In this document: positions 48,596 to 58,472 of the stretch, piece after piece
How positions within the stretch are numbered: the stretch's first letter is position 1
How the letters are laid out: every line of letters begins with the position of its first letter
Origin: an uncultured delta proteobacterium
GTDB taxonomy: Bacteria; Myxococcota_A; Polyangia; Polyangiales; Polyangiaceae
Length of the DNA stretch: 64,000 bases
Reading direction: 5' to 3'
Assembly (NCBI GenBank): GCA_963716725.1
Contig: CAVQUB010000011.1
Coordinates: 465,271-529,270, forward strand
Translations under genes and position numbers: made by a program
Notes under the pieces: model-generated
Told to the model about the DNA's origin: nothing
Seen by the model: only the letters and a program-made list of their open reading frames with translations
Databases searched by the model: none

Positions 48596-50062
48596 TCAGA
48601 GCTTGGGCGAGGGCCGAGTCCCCACGGCCTTCGCCGCCGTCTTGATCTCGTCGCCGTCCCGCAAACAAGGAAAGCAGTCCTCGCGCTGGTCGTCGCCGCA
48701 GCCGCGCTTGCGTGTGAAGCGTCCGATCAGGGGCACCGATCGCCGATCGCCGTGTTCCGCAGCGCGAGTCAGCGCATCTTTGGCGGCGTCGCAGCTGGTG
48801 GCCGCGCGCAGATCGAGGGCCACCATGAGGGCCGGCGACGCGCGCTTTCGAACCTCTTCCGTGGAGAGCAGCGCCTCCGCCAGGGCCCCGGCAGGGTCCT
48901 GCTTCCGGCGGCTGGTCCAGATCGAGTAGAGCAAATCAGCTCCTACAGGAGTGGCCGTTTTCGCCATCTGGGCCAACGCATCGCGCATCGTCTCGGGATC
49001 CTGCGCAGCACGCTTCAGCGTGGAGGCGAGATCGCTAGCTCCTGGCGACGCAGCGCCAGCGAGCGCCCGACGCTTCTCGGCGCCGCGGGCTTCGCTCAAC
49101 GCGAGCACGTCGTCGACGCTGCGCTCCCGGACAGAGCGCGCTTCGATCGCAGCGATGTCGATCACCGCCGGCGCAGCAGGAGGGGCCTCGGAGCTGGCGG
49201 GCGGGGAGACTGAAGCTGCCGTCCGCGCGCTCGGGGTCGTGACGGGGGCGCTCGCGGCGGGCGCCGCCGGCGTAGCCCTGCGCGCGAGCAGCGCGGAGCA
49301 ACTCCCGGAGAGCAACGCCATCGACCCGAGCGACAACGCCACCGCGATGAGCGCAAAACCCCAGAGCGGACCCGCGCCGCCGACGACGCGCACGCGTTGT
49401 GCCAGCGCCTCCACCAAGGTTGGAAGCTCCTCCGGGGTAATGGCCGACACGGGGCCGGGCCACGCCGAGGTCGGCCCGCTCGGCTCGACCGTACGCGGGC
49501 TCGGCTGCGTCGGGACCAGGCTCGATGGCGCATGGGCCAGTTGGACGGCGTTCGCTGGCGGCAGCGGAACTGCGACCTCCGACGACTCGGCGATGATGGC
49601 GTCGATGGACTCACTCAGCGTATCGACCAGAGCGGGCGGGGGCGGCGCGCGCTCGGGCGCGGGAGGCGGCGTCGAGGGGCGGCCGGGCGGCCTCGATGGA
49701 CGCCCAGGCGGTCTCGAGGCACGTTGCGAGGGCGGAGGCGGAGCCGACGCGCGCAGCAGCGCGGACGGCGGAGCCGAGGCTCGCGCTGACGGAGGCGGCG
49801 GCGGGGTCGATGGGCGGAAGGGCTTCGATGGGGGCGTGGACGGACGCGCGGACGCCGGCGGAAGCCCGAGCGAACTCGGGCCGAAGGCGCGAACTTTGGC
49901 GTCGAGCTCGTCCGGGCGGCGTGATGGATCGGGCGACGTCAGCTCTTTTGAATCCACGGTGGGATCCGCGACAGTATCGTCAGGAATGACGTTGGGTATT
50001 TCGTCCCAACCGCCATCGACGAGAGAGGTGCGGGGTCGACCGGGCTTGTGCGGGTTGCTCAT
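48596..50062 (-). CDS. Pro-rich single-pass membrane protein with helical C-terminal domain
   Basis: Disordered N-terminus, TM helix LWGFALIAVALSL, C-terminal GC-x6-DCFPCLR. Confidence 0.65.
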   Translation of the reverse strand: MSNPHKPGRPRTSLVDGGWDEIPNVIPDDTVADPTVDSKELTSPDPSRRPDELDAKVRAFGPSSLGLPPASARPSTPPSKPFRPSTPPPPPSARASAPPSALLRASAPPPPSQRASRPPGRPSRPPGRPSTPPPAPERAPPPPALVDTLSESIDAIIAESSEVAVPLPPANAVQLAHAPSSLVPTQPSPRTVEPSGPTSAWPGPVSAITPEELPTLVEALAQRVRVVGGAGPLWGFALIAVALSLGSMALLSGSCSALLARRATPAAPAASAPVTTPSARTAASVSPPASSEAPPAAPAVIDIAAIEARSVRERSVDDVLALSEARGAEKRRALAGAASPGASDLASTLKRAAQDPETMRDALAQMAKTATPVGADLLYSIWTSRRKQDPAGALAEALLSTEEVRKRASPALMVALDLRAATSCDAAKDALTRAAEHGDRRSVPLIGRFTRKRGCGDDQREDCFPCLRDGDEIKTAAKAVGTRPSPKL

Positions 50063-50188
50063 CCCTTGCTCGAAGCGTAGCGCCAAACGCGTTCACCGGC
50101 GCCATTTCGGGTTTCTTGCCCAAGACGCCGGCAGAGCGTGCCCCTTTCCCGTAGACTCGCGCCCGCAAGAGCGCTGCGCGGAGCCGGT

Positions 50189-51199
50189 GTGACGAAGAAG
50201 GTAGCGGTCGTACTCAACCCCAATGCTGGAGGCGGACGACGCGCCGTCAGCGAGCGCGCTCGCCGCCTCGAACGATTGATCGGTTGGCGCGGGGCCGTGT
50301 ACGCCACGAGCACGCTCGACGAGCTCGGAGACGCCGTCCGTGAAATACTGCGGTCCTCGCCGGACGTCCTGGTCACCGACGGAGGCGACGGGACGCTGCA
50401 TTGGGTGCTCAACGAAGCCGTCAAATTGGTCCCCGACGTTGCGGCGCTTCCGCCACTGCTTCCGACCAAGGGTGGAACCATCGACTTCGTCGCCCGGAAG
50501 GTGGGGATCAGCGGCCGGGCCGAGAGCATCGTCGCAGCCCTGATTCGAGATCTCGACCGCGACCGCCTGCCAACGCTGGTCTCCATCGACTCACTCCACC
50601 TGACCGGGAGCTTCGCCAGCGGCGAGCGCTTCGATCGCCTGGGGTTCGCACTGGCCGCCGGCGGCATCGGTCAGAGGTTCTTCTCCAAGTACTACGAAGA
50701 GAAGCGACTCGGAGCGGGCGCCATCGTGCGCGTGGTCGCCAAGGCCGTGGCGTCACGGATGGCCAGCGCCCTTCGTGCGCCCCTTCCCGATCGAATGCTG
50801 AGCTATGGGAGCGACGTGTTTCGTCCGACCCGAGCTCGAGTGACTATCGACGGCGAAGCCGTGCCGGGCACGGAACACGGAGCGATTCACGCCGGGGCCA
50901 TCGACCTGCACCTCGGGGGAGTGTTCCGAGTATTCCCCTTGGCCCGGGACGACGGTGCGCTGCACTTCCAAGCTGGGGAAATCGTGCCACGCGAGATGAT
51001 CCTGGCCCTGCCCGCGTTGGCGCGCGGCGGCGCCATCCCGAGTGAGCGGCTGCGCGAGGTACAGGGCCACGAGATGAGAATCGAGGCCATCGGCGACGAG
51101 CTCCTGGCTCCCATCATCGACGGCGAGGCGTTCGACGGATTGCGGGACCTCACCGTACGGCTGGGACCACGCATCGTCGTGCCGCGGGTTCGAGGTTGA
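50189..51199 (+). CDS. Diacylglycerol kinase family lipid kinase
   Basis: VLNPNAGG, GGDGTL, GGTID, IDGE. Confidence 0.82.
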   Translation: MTKKVAVVLNPNAGGGRRAVSERARRLERLIGWRGAVYATSTLDELGDAVREILRSSPDVLVTDGGDGTLHWVLNEAVKLVPDVAALPPLLPTKGGTIDFVARKVGISGRAESIVAALIRDLDRDRLPTLVSIDSLHLTGSFASGERFDRLGFALAAGGIGQRFFSKYYEEKRLGAGAIVRVVAKAVASRMASALRAPLPDRMLSYGSDVFRPTRARVTIDGEAVPGTEHGAIHAGAIDLHLGGVFRVFPLARDDGALHFQAGEIVPREMILALPALARGGAIPSERLREVQGHEMRIEAIGDELLAPIIDGEAFDGLRDLTVRLGPRIVVPRVRG

Positions 51200-51247
51200 G
51201 CGCACCCCTCGCGGATAGAGCCCTCGCGCGCTACGCTTGCCTGCGAG

Positions 51248-51853
51248 ATGTCCCGGCACGCAGCTCTGGTCGCTCTGGTGGCGGCCGTCGCATGCGCCAA
51301 GGCGCCGGAGCCGCTGCAAAAGGCCCGACCGGGGCTCGGGCTCGGGGCGGCCGCCGCCGCCCCCGCGAACAGCCCACCGGTCGCGGTCCCGGCCGGCTAC
51401 GTCCGGGTGCACGTCGGCGGCGTGACCCGGCTCCCGCAGGGCGGAGACGCAGTGCTCCTGGTCGAAGACGGGACGAAGCGCGCGCTGCCGATCTTCATCG
51501 GCGGAACTGAAGCGTTGTCCATCCAACTGCGGCTCAAGAAGCAAGCCTTCACCAGGCCACTCACCCACGACCTGTTGGACTCTTCCATCCGAAAGCTCGG
51601 CGGCAAGGTCGAGGTCGTTCGTGTCGACAAGATCGAGAACAATATCTTCCACGGAACGCTGGTGCTCTTCGCCAGCGGCAAGCACCTCGAGCTCGATGCT
51701 CGCCCCTCGGACGCCATCGCCATCGCCATCGGCAACGACGTTCCCATTCACGTCTCGCGCAGCGTGATCGATCACGCTGGACTCGATCTCGATGGCAGCG
51801 ACGTCGAGGACGCTACGGCACACGGCGAGCGCCCGCCACCGGTCGCGCTCTGA
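51248..51853 (+). CDS. Bifunctional nuclease (DUF151) family protein with lipoprotein-like signal
   Basis: LPIFIGGTEA, RPLTHDLL, LDARPSDAIAIA; N-terminal VAAVAC. Confidence 0.9.
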   Translation: MSRHAALVALVAAVACAKAPEPLQKARPGLGLGAAAAAPANSPPVAVPAGYVRVHVGGVTRLPQGGDAVLLVEDGTKRALPIFIGGTEALSIQLRLKKQAFTRPLTHDLLDSSIRKLGGKVEVVRVDKIENNIFHGTLVLFASGKHLELDARPSDAIAIAIGNDVPIHVSRSVIDHAGLDLDGSDVEDATAHGERPPPVAL

Positions 51854-51870
51854 GCATCGGTGACGATGGC

Positions 51871-52329
51871 TCAGGCAGCGTCGATGGGCCGCGGGTGGGT
51901 CTCTGGCGAGAGTAGCACCGCGAGTACGTGCTCGGGCATCCTGCGCGGCACGTGTCGATCGTCGACGCAGGCGAGAAGCGTGTAGCCCTCGGTGACGTAG
52001 TCGTCGGCATCGGCGCCTTCGCGCAGGATCCGATAGTCGAAGCGCACGGTCACACGTGAGTGCTCCCCGAGTCGGGTCTCCACCACCAGTCGTTCGTCGA
52101 AGCGGGCGCTGCGTCGATAGCGAGCGTTGGCTTCGATCACGGGCAAGTGCAGGCCCTGCTTCGCCCACTCTAGGTACTCGACGCCGCGGCGGTGCATGTA
52201 CTCCACGCGTCCAGCCTCGAAGTACGAGAAGTACGAGCCGTGATGCACGATGCCCATCAGATCCGTTTCGCAGAAACGAACACGGATCACGTAGCGACTC
52301 AGGCAATGCTCCGGCAGGGGCGACGGCAC
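51871..52329 (-). CDS. Acyl-CoA thioesterase (YbgC/4HBT family)
   Basis: RVRFCETDLMGIVHHGSYFSYFEAGR. Confidence 0.9.
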   Translation of the reverse strand: MPSPLPEHCLSRYVIRVRFCETDLMGIVHHGSYFSYFEAGRVEYMHRRGVEYLEWAKQGLHLPVIEANARYRRSARFDERLVVETRLGEHSRVTVRFDYRILREGADADDYVTEGYTLLACVDDRHVPRRMPEHVLAVLLSPETHPRPIDAA

Positions 52330-52412
52330 GGCGCGCGGAGCCTACACGACGCGGGGCCCGGCAAGCGACATGGACCCTTGCTTCCGAGCCGGAAGCGGCC
52401 GATACCCCGCCC

Positions 52413-52895
52413 ATGTCGAGCGCGCCGCCCCCCGCCCCCCCGGTTCCGCAGACCTACAAGATCGTCGTCGGTATCGACTATTCCGAGCAGAGTTCCCGGG
52501 CGCTCCGCGCAGCGCTCGACATCGCGCTGCACCGCGACGCGCAGATCTACTGCCTGACCGTGGCCGAGGGCTACGGACCGGGTCGTCCCACCGCCGAGAG
52601 CAACGAAATGCACCAGACGTTTCACGACCAGGCGCAGCGAACGCTGGATCGGTTCATCAGCAACGAGATCGACGACTTCGAGAAGCGCGGTGTTCGGCTC
52701 AATCGCAAGCGTGTCGCCGCGGCCGTCGACTTCGGCAAGCCCCTCGACGGCATCCTCGCCCTCGCGGAAGACGTTCATGCCGAGCTGATCGTGATCGGGA
52801 CACACGGCAAGAAAGGGCTCGAGCGCCTCTTCGTCGGCTCTATCGCGACGGCCGTGCTCGGCCACGCCAAGTGCCCGGTGCTCGTCACCCGCTGA
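52413..52895 (+). CDS. Universal stress protein
   Basis: IVVGIDYSEQS, LIVIGTHGKKGLERLFVGSIA, CPVLV. Confidence 0.92.
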   Translation: MSSAPPPAPPVPQTYKIVVGIDYSEQSSRALRAALDIALHRDAQIYCLTVAEGYGPGRPTAESNEMHQTFHDQAQRTLDRFISNEIDDFEKRGVRLNRKRVAAAVDFGKPLDGILALAEDVHAELIVIGTHGKKGLERLFVGSIATAVLGHAKCPVLVTR

Positions 52896-54627
52896 GCGCG
52901 AATTTCACTCGCTCTTTCTCGGCGTCGACCGCGGCGCGTTCCGCCGGGCGCTGGTCGAGCCAGTAGACCATCTCTCCCGCCTCCCAGGTGTAGCGCTCCC
53001 CGTTCATGGTCACCCGGCCGTCGGAGAGCGCGCGCGTGAGCACAGCCAGCGGGACCTGAGCCAGGTCCCGCAGCAGCGCCTCGAAGTGAGCTTGATGCGC
53101 GGGCTCGACGAATACCATGGCGAAACGCGCTGCGTAGGCGGTGTGCAGCCACGCGGGCCGGAACGCGATCCCCGCCAATGAGAGGCGCTCGGTCACCCTG
53201 GCGAAGAGCTGCCCGGCTTCCCGCGCCATCCCGAGCCCGGGCTCCTCCTGGCCCGGCAGCCTCGGCCGCTCCTCGCTGAACTTACCCCGGGGGTGACGCA
53301 GCGTGAGCCAGTGGACGTAGAGCACGTCTTCGTCGTCGATGCGCCGTCGCTCCAGCACCGTCTCGATCGACAAATGCTCCACGCCGTCGGTCTGCGCGAA
53401 CAACCGAAGTCGATCGCCGCGCTCCTCGCGGTCGATAGCCAGCCGGAACGCGCCGTACCCGAGACGCCGCAGGTGCCGGAGGATCCCATAGCGAGACATC
53501 GCGTACTCGATGCCCTCGGCGGTGTAGTACCCCAGAAAGCGAGGGGACCGCGAGGCGTGTCGATCGAGATCACCGAGCAGGTCCGCCTCGGTGATGAAGA
53601 ACGGTCCCTCGAGCTTGTCCTGCGTGAGCTCACGCGCAACGTTCACAAACTGAGTGGAGACCGGATCGGCGCGCTCGGGGATCGGATCCAGGGTCTGGCG
53701 TGCCAGTATCATTCCGGTGCCCGCGAGCGCACGCCAAGCGTCTTGCGTATATCCGCCCCCGGGCAGCCACACCGTCGCGACGCCGGCCAGTGCCCGGTGC
53801 ACCGCGAGGTCACGCCGGCGCACGCCGTCCAGAGTCATCGCCAACGCGCCGAATCGATCGTGCTTCAAGACGTCACCGCCAGCCAGCACGAAGGCGAGCC
53901 CTGCGGGCGGCATGCGTGCCAAGAGCGCGTGCAGCGCCGAGAGGTAGCTGCCGTCGTCACAATCGCGCGGCAACACCGTCTCGTCGACCCCGTCGAGCTT
54001 GCCCCAATCCGCGCCCGAGAGTGAGCCGATCCAGACGCTGGGATCTCCCGCAAAGCAGTCCGCAGTCCCGTCCGGCGGGTGCGCGTCCAGATCCAAGACC
54101 GCGACGCGTTTCTTGAAACCCTCGCGACGCACCGCCGCCACGGCCACGGCAATGTCGTTGACGATGCAAAACCCTCCGCCGCGGGCCCGCCCCGCGTGAT
54201 GAAAGCCACCGAGCAGGTTCAGAGTCGGCCCGCGGGTGCCGAGGGCTTCGCGAGCTGCGTCGAGGGTCCCTCCGCAGGCGATGCGAATGGTGTGCACGAC
54301 CTCGTCCACGACGACGTCGGAGGCGTCCACGGCGAAGGCCTGGGCTATGGCCGCCGGATCCTGCAATGACTCGAGGAGCTCCGGCGTGTGGACGCGCGCT
54401 AGATCCTCGTAGCGAATGCGACTCGGCGTTCGCACGTCCCCAGCCAAGAGAAAGCCGGAGCCCACGAGATACGAGAGCACCATGTCGGCGCGACGAGGAT
54501 CGATTCCCGTGCTGGCTTCGATGGACGCGAAGGGCAGGCGATACGCTCGGTCATACCAGATGGCGTAGGGTTGCCCGTGGGCCCAACGTCGCGCCCGCGT
54601 GGCCCAATCCGAGAGAAACGACGTCAT
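52885..54627 (-). CDS. Histone-deacetylase-family protein with extra C-terminal domain
   Basis: LARVHT, GGFHHA, GGFCIVNDIA, DLDAH, GGGY; about 230 extra C-terminal residues. Confidence 0.88.
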   Translation of the reverse strand: MTSFLSDWATRARRWAHGQPYAIWYDRAYRLPFASIEASTGIDPRRADMVLSYLVGSGFLLAGDVRTPSRIRYEDLARVHTPELLESLQDPAAIAQAFAVDASDVVVDEVVHTIRIACGGTLDAAREALGTRGPTLNLLGGFHHAGRARGGGFCIVNDIAVAVAAVRREGFKKRVAVLDLDAHPPDGTADCFAGDPSVWIGSLSGADWGKLDGVDETVLPRDCDDGSYLSALHALLARMPPAGLAFVLAGGDVLKHDRFGALAMTLDGVRRRDLAVHRALAGVATVWLPGGGYTQDAWRALAGTGMILARQTLDPIPERADPVSTQFVNVARELTQDKLEGPFFITEADLLGDLDRHASRSPRFLGYYTAEGIEYAMSRYGILRHLRRLGYGAFRLAIDREERGDRLRLFAQTDGVEHLSIETVLERRRIDDEDVLYVHWLTLRHPRGKFSEERPRLPGQEEPGLGMAREAGQLFARVTERLSLAGIAFRPAWLHTAYAARFAMVFVEPAHQAHFEALLRDLAQVPLAVLTRALSDGRVTMNGERYTWEAGEMVYWLDQRPAERAAVDAEKERVKFALSG

Positions 54628-55085
54628 TGCGCCAGACGCGCGGGGACTGTGAGCACGGGCACCGGCGACAGCCGCACGACCTCTTCAGCCACGCTGCCCA
54701 TCAGGAAATGGCGAATGCCCCGCCGACCGTGGGTCGAGACCACGATCAGATCCGCGCCACGCCGGGTCGCGGCGGCCAAGATGGCGCTCGCCGGCTCGCC
54801 GCTCTCCAGGTGCTGGGTCAGGTCGACCGAGGCCGGCACTCGTGCGCTGGCAACGAACTCGCGCATCTCCTTCTCGGCGTTCTCCCCGATCAGCTCGAAG
54901 AGCGACCGCTTCTCGCCGGTCGGTTGGTTCACCGTGGTGTCCGGTGAAACCAGCGGAGGACGATCCCACACGTGGATGACTTCGACTCGTGCGCCGAGGC
55001 GCTCGGCCCACACGCCGGCCGTTTCGAGCGCGCGCCGGCAGTGCTCGGAATATTCGACCGGAACCATGATGCAGGAGATGCGCAT
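54624..55085 (-). CDS. Universal stress protein
   Basis: IMVPVEYSE, DLIVVSTHGRRG...MGSVAEEVVRLSPVPVL. Confidence 0.92.
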   Translation of the reverse strand: MRISCIMVPVEYSEHCRRALETAGVWAERLGARVEVIHVWDRPPLVSPDTTVNQPTGEKRSLFELIGENAEKEMREFVASARVPASVDLTQHLESGEPASAILAAATRRGADLIVVSTHGRRGIRHFLMGSVAEEVVRLSPVPVLTVPARLAQ

Positions 55086-55202
55086 CGCGACCTCGCACCC
55101 CTTGTAGCCCGATCCGGGCGGGACGTCACTCGGCCGTGCCCAGGCTGGATTTCAGCCCGCACGTCGTGAAGCTCGGGCAGGGTCCCAGCATAGGTCGGAC
55201 CC

Positions 55203-56072
55203 TCATCGCTCGGCGATGACCAGCGCGGCCGCCGCGAGCACCAGCGCGCCGCCGAGCACCGCCGCTGGTCGCAGGCGCTCGTCGAAGGCGGTCACGCCCA
55301 CCAGCACGGCGACCACCGGCTCGAGCAGCATCAACACCGACGCACGACTGGCCGGTGTGTGGGCCAGCCCGCGGATGAACAGCACGCCGGCCAGGGCCCC
55401 CGGACCAAGACCGGCGACGACCAAGAGCCCGACCGCGGCCGGAGGCGCGGAGAGGGACGAGAGCGACAAGAAGGGCAGCACCGTCAGCAGCGCGGTCGGC
55501 ATGTGCCACGCCAGGATCTCCGTGGGCGCAAAGTGGCGCCCGAGACGCTTGGCGGCCAAGAGCGAGCAGGCAAAAAAGACAGCGCTCCCCGCACCCAGAA
55601 GCGCGCCGGTCACCGCCCGCTCTTCGGCGTTTCGCCAGGGTTCGAGCAGAATGGCCAGGCCCCCCAAGGCGAGGCCCAGGGCGGCCCAGGTTCGCCTCCC
55701 CACGCGCTCGCCCACGGCGAGCGGGGCCCCGAGCGACACCAACACCGGCGCCAAGTAGTGCGTCAGCACGGCGACCGCGAGCGTCGCCTTTTGCATGGCC
55801 CAGAAGAACAAGAGCGCGTTGAGCGCGTCGAACACGCCTTGCAGACCCAAGAGCGCCCAAGCATGTCGCGGGCGCGGCGCTCGCACGCGGTCCGCGATCG
55901 CCAGCGGTGCAGTCACCACCAAGATCGTCGCAAACACCACGAATACCTCCAGCGGCGCGTCGACTCCGCCACGCGCCTCCGCAGGACGGAAGAACAGGCT
56001 CCACGTGCCCCAGGACGCGGCCGCGAGCGCGATCATCGCGGGGCCTCGGCGGTGCGCTGAAGCCTCAGCCAC
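55203..56072 (-). CDS. EamA/DMT family transporter
   Basis: AASWGTW, HYLAPVLV, LLEPVVA; about 10 TM helices; start approximate. Confidence 0.88.
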   Translation of the reverse strand: MAEASAHRRGPAMIALAAASWGTWSLFFRPAEARGGVDAPLEVFVVFATILVVTAPLAIADRVRAPRPRHAWALLGLQGVFDALNALLFFWAMQKATLAVAVLTHYLAPVLVSLGAPLAVGERVGRRTWAALGLALGGLAILLEPWRNAEERAVTGALLGAGSAVFFACSLLAAKRLGRHFAPTEILAWHMPTALLTVLPFLSLSSLSAPPAAVGLLVVAGLGPGALAGVLFIRGLAHTPASRASVLMLLEPVVAVLVGVTAFDERLRPAAVLGGALVLAAAALVIAER

Positions 56073-56577
56073 GTCGAGCCGCAATGGACGACACGATCTG
56101 CTCGATTGCGGTCGTGTCGTGTCCGCCCTGGGCAACGACCTCCGGTCGCTCGGGGACCTCGTAGCCCAAGTCGGCGCCCGGGACGCCGCCGGCACGGCCC
56201 TCGTGCACTGCGCGATAGAGCCCCTTGGCGTCGCGCTCTTCGACCTCGGTCTGAGTCGCCTGCACGTAGACCTCCACGAAGGCCGGCGCGGCTGCCCGAG
56301 CGCGATCTCGAAAGGTCTTCAGGTGAGCGGTGGCGGGGACCATCACGACCAGCCCTTGGCGCGCCAGCAGCGCGGCCAGGTTGGCGAGGGTCGCGTAGTA
56401 TTCGTCCCGCGATTTGGGATCGTAGCCGTGGCGCGGGTGGAACGCGCTGCGCACCTCATCGCCGTCGAGCACGCAGGCCGCGACCTCGTCGCTCGACAGG
56501 CGCGCCTGCAACGCTCGGGCGAGGGTGGACTTGCCCGACGAGGGCTTGCCCGTCATCCAAACCACGACGCCGCTCAC
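56065..56577 (-). CDS. cysC: Adenylyl-sulfate kinase-like P-loop kinase
   Basis: WMTGKPSSGKSTLA, LDGDEVR, FVEVYV, RDAKGLY, YEVPERP. Confidence 0.75.
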   Translation of the reverse strand: MSGVVVWMTGKPSSGKSTLARALQARLSSDEVAACVLDGDEVRSAFHPRHGYDPKSRDEYYATLANLAALLARQGLVVMVPATAHLKTFRDRARAAAPAFVEVYVQATQTEVEERDAKGLYRAVHEGRAGGVPGADLGYEVPERPEVVAQGGHDTTAIEQIVSSIAARRG

Positions 56578-57686
56578 GCGAACACCTCGTCGGCGAAGGA
56601 CGGATCGAAGCGCTCGGCCCCGAGCGCGCGTTCGATGAGGTGAAACACCCGCTCCCGCGCGGCGGCGTCGACGTTCGGATACCAAACGGGGTTGGCGACG
56701 ACGAGGCCGCGCCACGCCAAGAACGGCGCACACACCTCGAGCAGCTCCCGATCACCGCTCTCGCTCAGGTAGACGCTCCAAAAGCGGTGCCAGAGCTGAC
56801 GAAACGCGGCGGTCCACGCGCCGGGGTGCTCCAGCGCGAAGAAGACGTAGTTGATCGCCATGCAGGTGACGTCGTCGGCGGGATCGCCCAGGCAGCCACG
56901 GCTCGCGTCGAGCAGCGAGATGTCCCCAGCGTCGGAGACGATGACGTTGAACGGGTGGTAGTCCCCGTGCGTGCGGCAGAGGCGCCCACCCCGGGTCTTC
57001 AGTCGCCAACGCCAGGCGAGCACCTGCCGCTCGATGGCCTGCAGGCGCGCCGGCGGCGCGGCCGGCACGTCCGGAGCGTAGGCGTCCAGGAGACCGAAGA
57101 TCCCCTCCCCGCTGCCGACCAGATCGCGCACCGCCCGCTGATAGCGCATGGGGTCGGTTTGTTTCTCCGAGTGCATGTCCACCAGCCTCCGTGCCAGCGC
57201 CTCGGTGGTGGCCACATCGGTCTCGAGCGCCGCGCCGCGTTGGGCGATGCGTCGGAGGTCGTCGGCGTAGATGTGCCCATCGGCGAAGGACGTGACGAGG
57301 TAGAACTCGCCGGCGTCCGCCAGCGAGACCAAGCCAGTTCCGTCTCGGGAAATCGCACCGACGTCGAGCGCGCGCACGTGCCCAGGGATCCGATCGAAGC
57401 GATCGAACGCGAGCAGCAAGTCGGCGGCACGATCGGCTCGTCGGTCGTGTCCGAACTGATCGCTCTTGGCAGTGTGGAAGACAAGGCTGCGCTCCGTTCC
57501 GTCGACCGCCCGGACTCGCAGTCGCAAAGGGATGCCGTAACCAAGCCCCTTGGTCGTGCCGGCGTCCTCCTCGACGGCATCGTCGATCTCGAAGGGCTCG
57601 GCCCCGAGCAGGGTCGCCCCCGGCACGATCCGAGCCACGACCGCCTCGAGGGCCGGCCTGACGCGACGGGCAAAATCTTTCTCCAC
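56574..57686 (-). CDS. Aminoglycoside phosphotransferase/choline kinase-like protein
   Basis: GLGYG loop, HGDYHPFNV, LLDAS, GDPADD. Confidence 0.82.
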   Translation of the reverse strand: MEKDFARRVRPALEAVVARIVPGATLLGAEPFEIDDAVEEDAGTTKGLGYGIPLRLRVRAVDGTERSLVFHTAKSDQFGHDRRADRAADLLLAFDRFDRIPGHVRALDVGAISRDGTGLVSLADAGEFYLVTSFADGHIYADDLRRIAQRGAALETDVATTEALARRLVDMHSEKQTDPMRYQRAVRDLVGSGEGIFGLLDAYAPDVPAAPPARLQAIERQVLAWRWRLKTRGGRLCRTHGDYHPFNVIVSDAGDISLLDASRGCLGDPADDVTCMAINYVFFALEHPGAWTAAFRQLWHRFWSVYLSESGDRELLEVCAPFLAWRGLVVANPVWYPNVDAAARERVFHLIERALGAERFDPSFADEVFA

Positions 57687-57862
57687 GGGGCGTGAGTGTA
57701 GACAACCCGGGGCTGGACGGCGGGCCCCGCGGCAATTCCCCCGTGGTTTCCGCGGAAATCAGGCCTGCGGTTGCCGCCTTCAGCCCCGTCGCCGACCCTG
57801 CAAGCTCGGGGCGGGGCGCCGCGTTGGAGAAATGCGGTCACGAACCGCGTGCTGAGGGCCAC

Positions 57863-58468
57863 ATGGGTTTGGACAAGGAGCTTTTGATGGGCGTAGAGGC
57901 TGCGACGACTCTGGATGGCAATGCTGCCCTCCCCCGATCGGTCGAGGATCGAGCGATTGAGGGCGCGATTCGGAGCGGGGACCACCGTTTGGCGTTGTCG
58001 CTGTGCGCAAAGCACCACGGAAGCGCTGTCGGCCGGCTCTGCATGGCGCTGGTCGGGTCCAGCGCCGAGGCCGACGACCTGCTGCAAGAGACCCTGCTCG
58101 ACGCTCACGCGGGGTTCGCTGCGTGGCGCGGGGACGGGTCGCTTCGCTCGTGGCTCTTCGGCATCGCTCGCAAGAAGTGCGCACGGCACGTCGAGCGCAC
58201 GGTGCGTCGCACCGCGCGGCTCCGCCTGGTGCACGACGCGGAGCGCGACGGCAGCGCCGAGGATCTCATGCTGTTGCGCCAACGCGCCGAGGCCGCGCGC
58301 TCCGCCCTCTCGAGCATCCGCCCGAGCGAACGCGAAGCCGTAGTCCTGCGCTACGCCAGCGAGTTGAGCTTTCGTGAAGTGGGGATCGCCTGCGGCATCG
58401 ATGAAGCCGCAGCGCGCAAACGAGTTTCCCGGGCTCTCGCCCGGCTGCGTGAAGTCGTGAAGGAGTGA
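57863..58468 (+). CDS. ECF RNA polymerase sigma factor
   Basis: ADDLLQETL, SWLFGIAR, REAVVLRY...FREVG...ARKRVSRA; start uncertain. Confidence 0.9.
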   Translation: MGLDKELLMGVEAATTLDGNAALPRSVEDRAIEGAIRSGDHRLALSLCAKHHGSAVGRLCMALVGSSAEADDLLQETLLDAHAGFAAWRGDGSLRSWLFGIARKKCARHVERTVRRTARLRLVHDAERDGSAEDLMLLRQRAEAARSALSSIRPSEREAVVLRYASELSFREVGIACGIDEAAARKRVSRALARLREVVKE

Positions 58469-58472
58469 CGCC

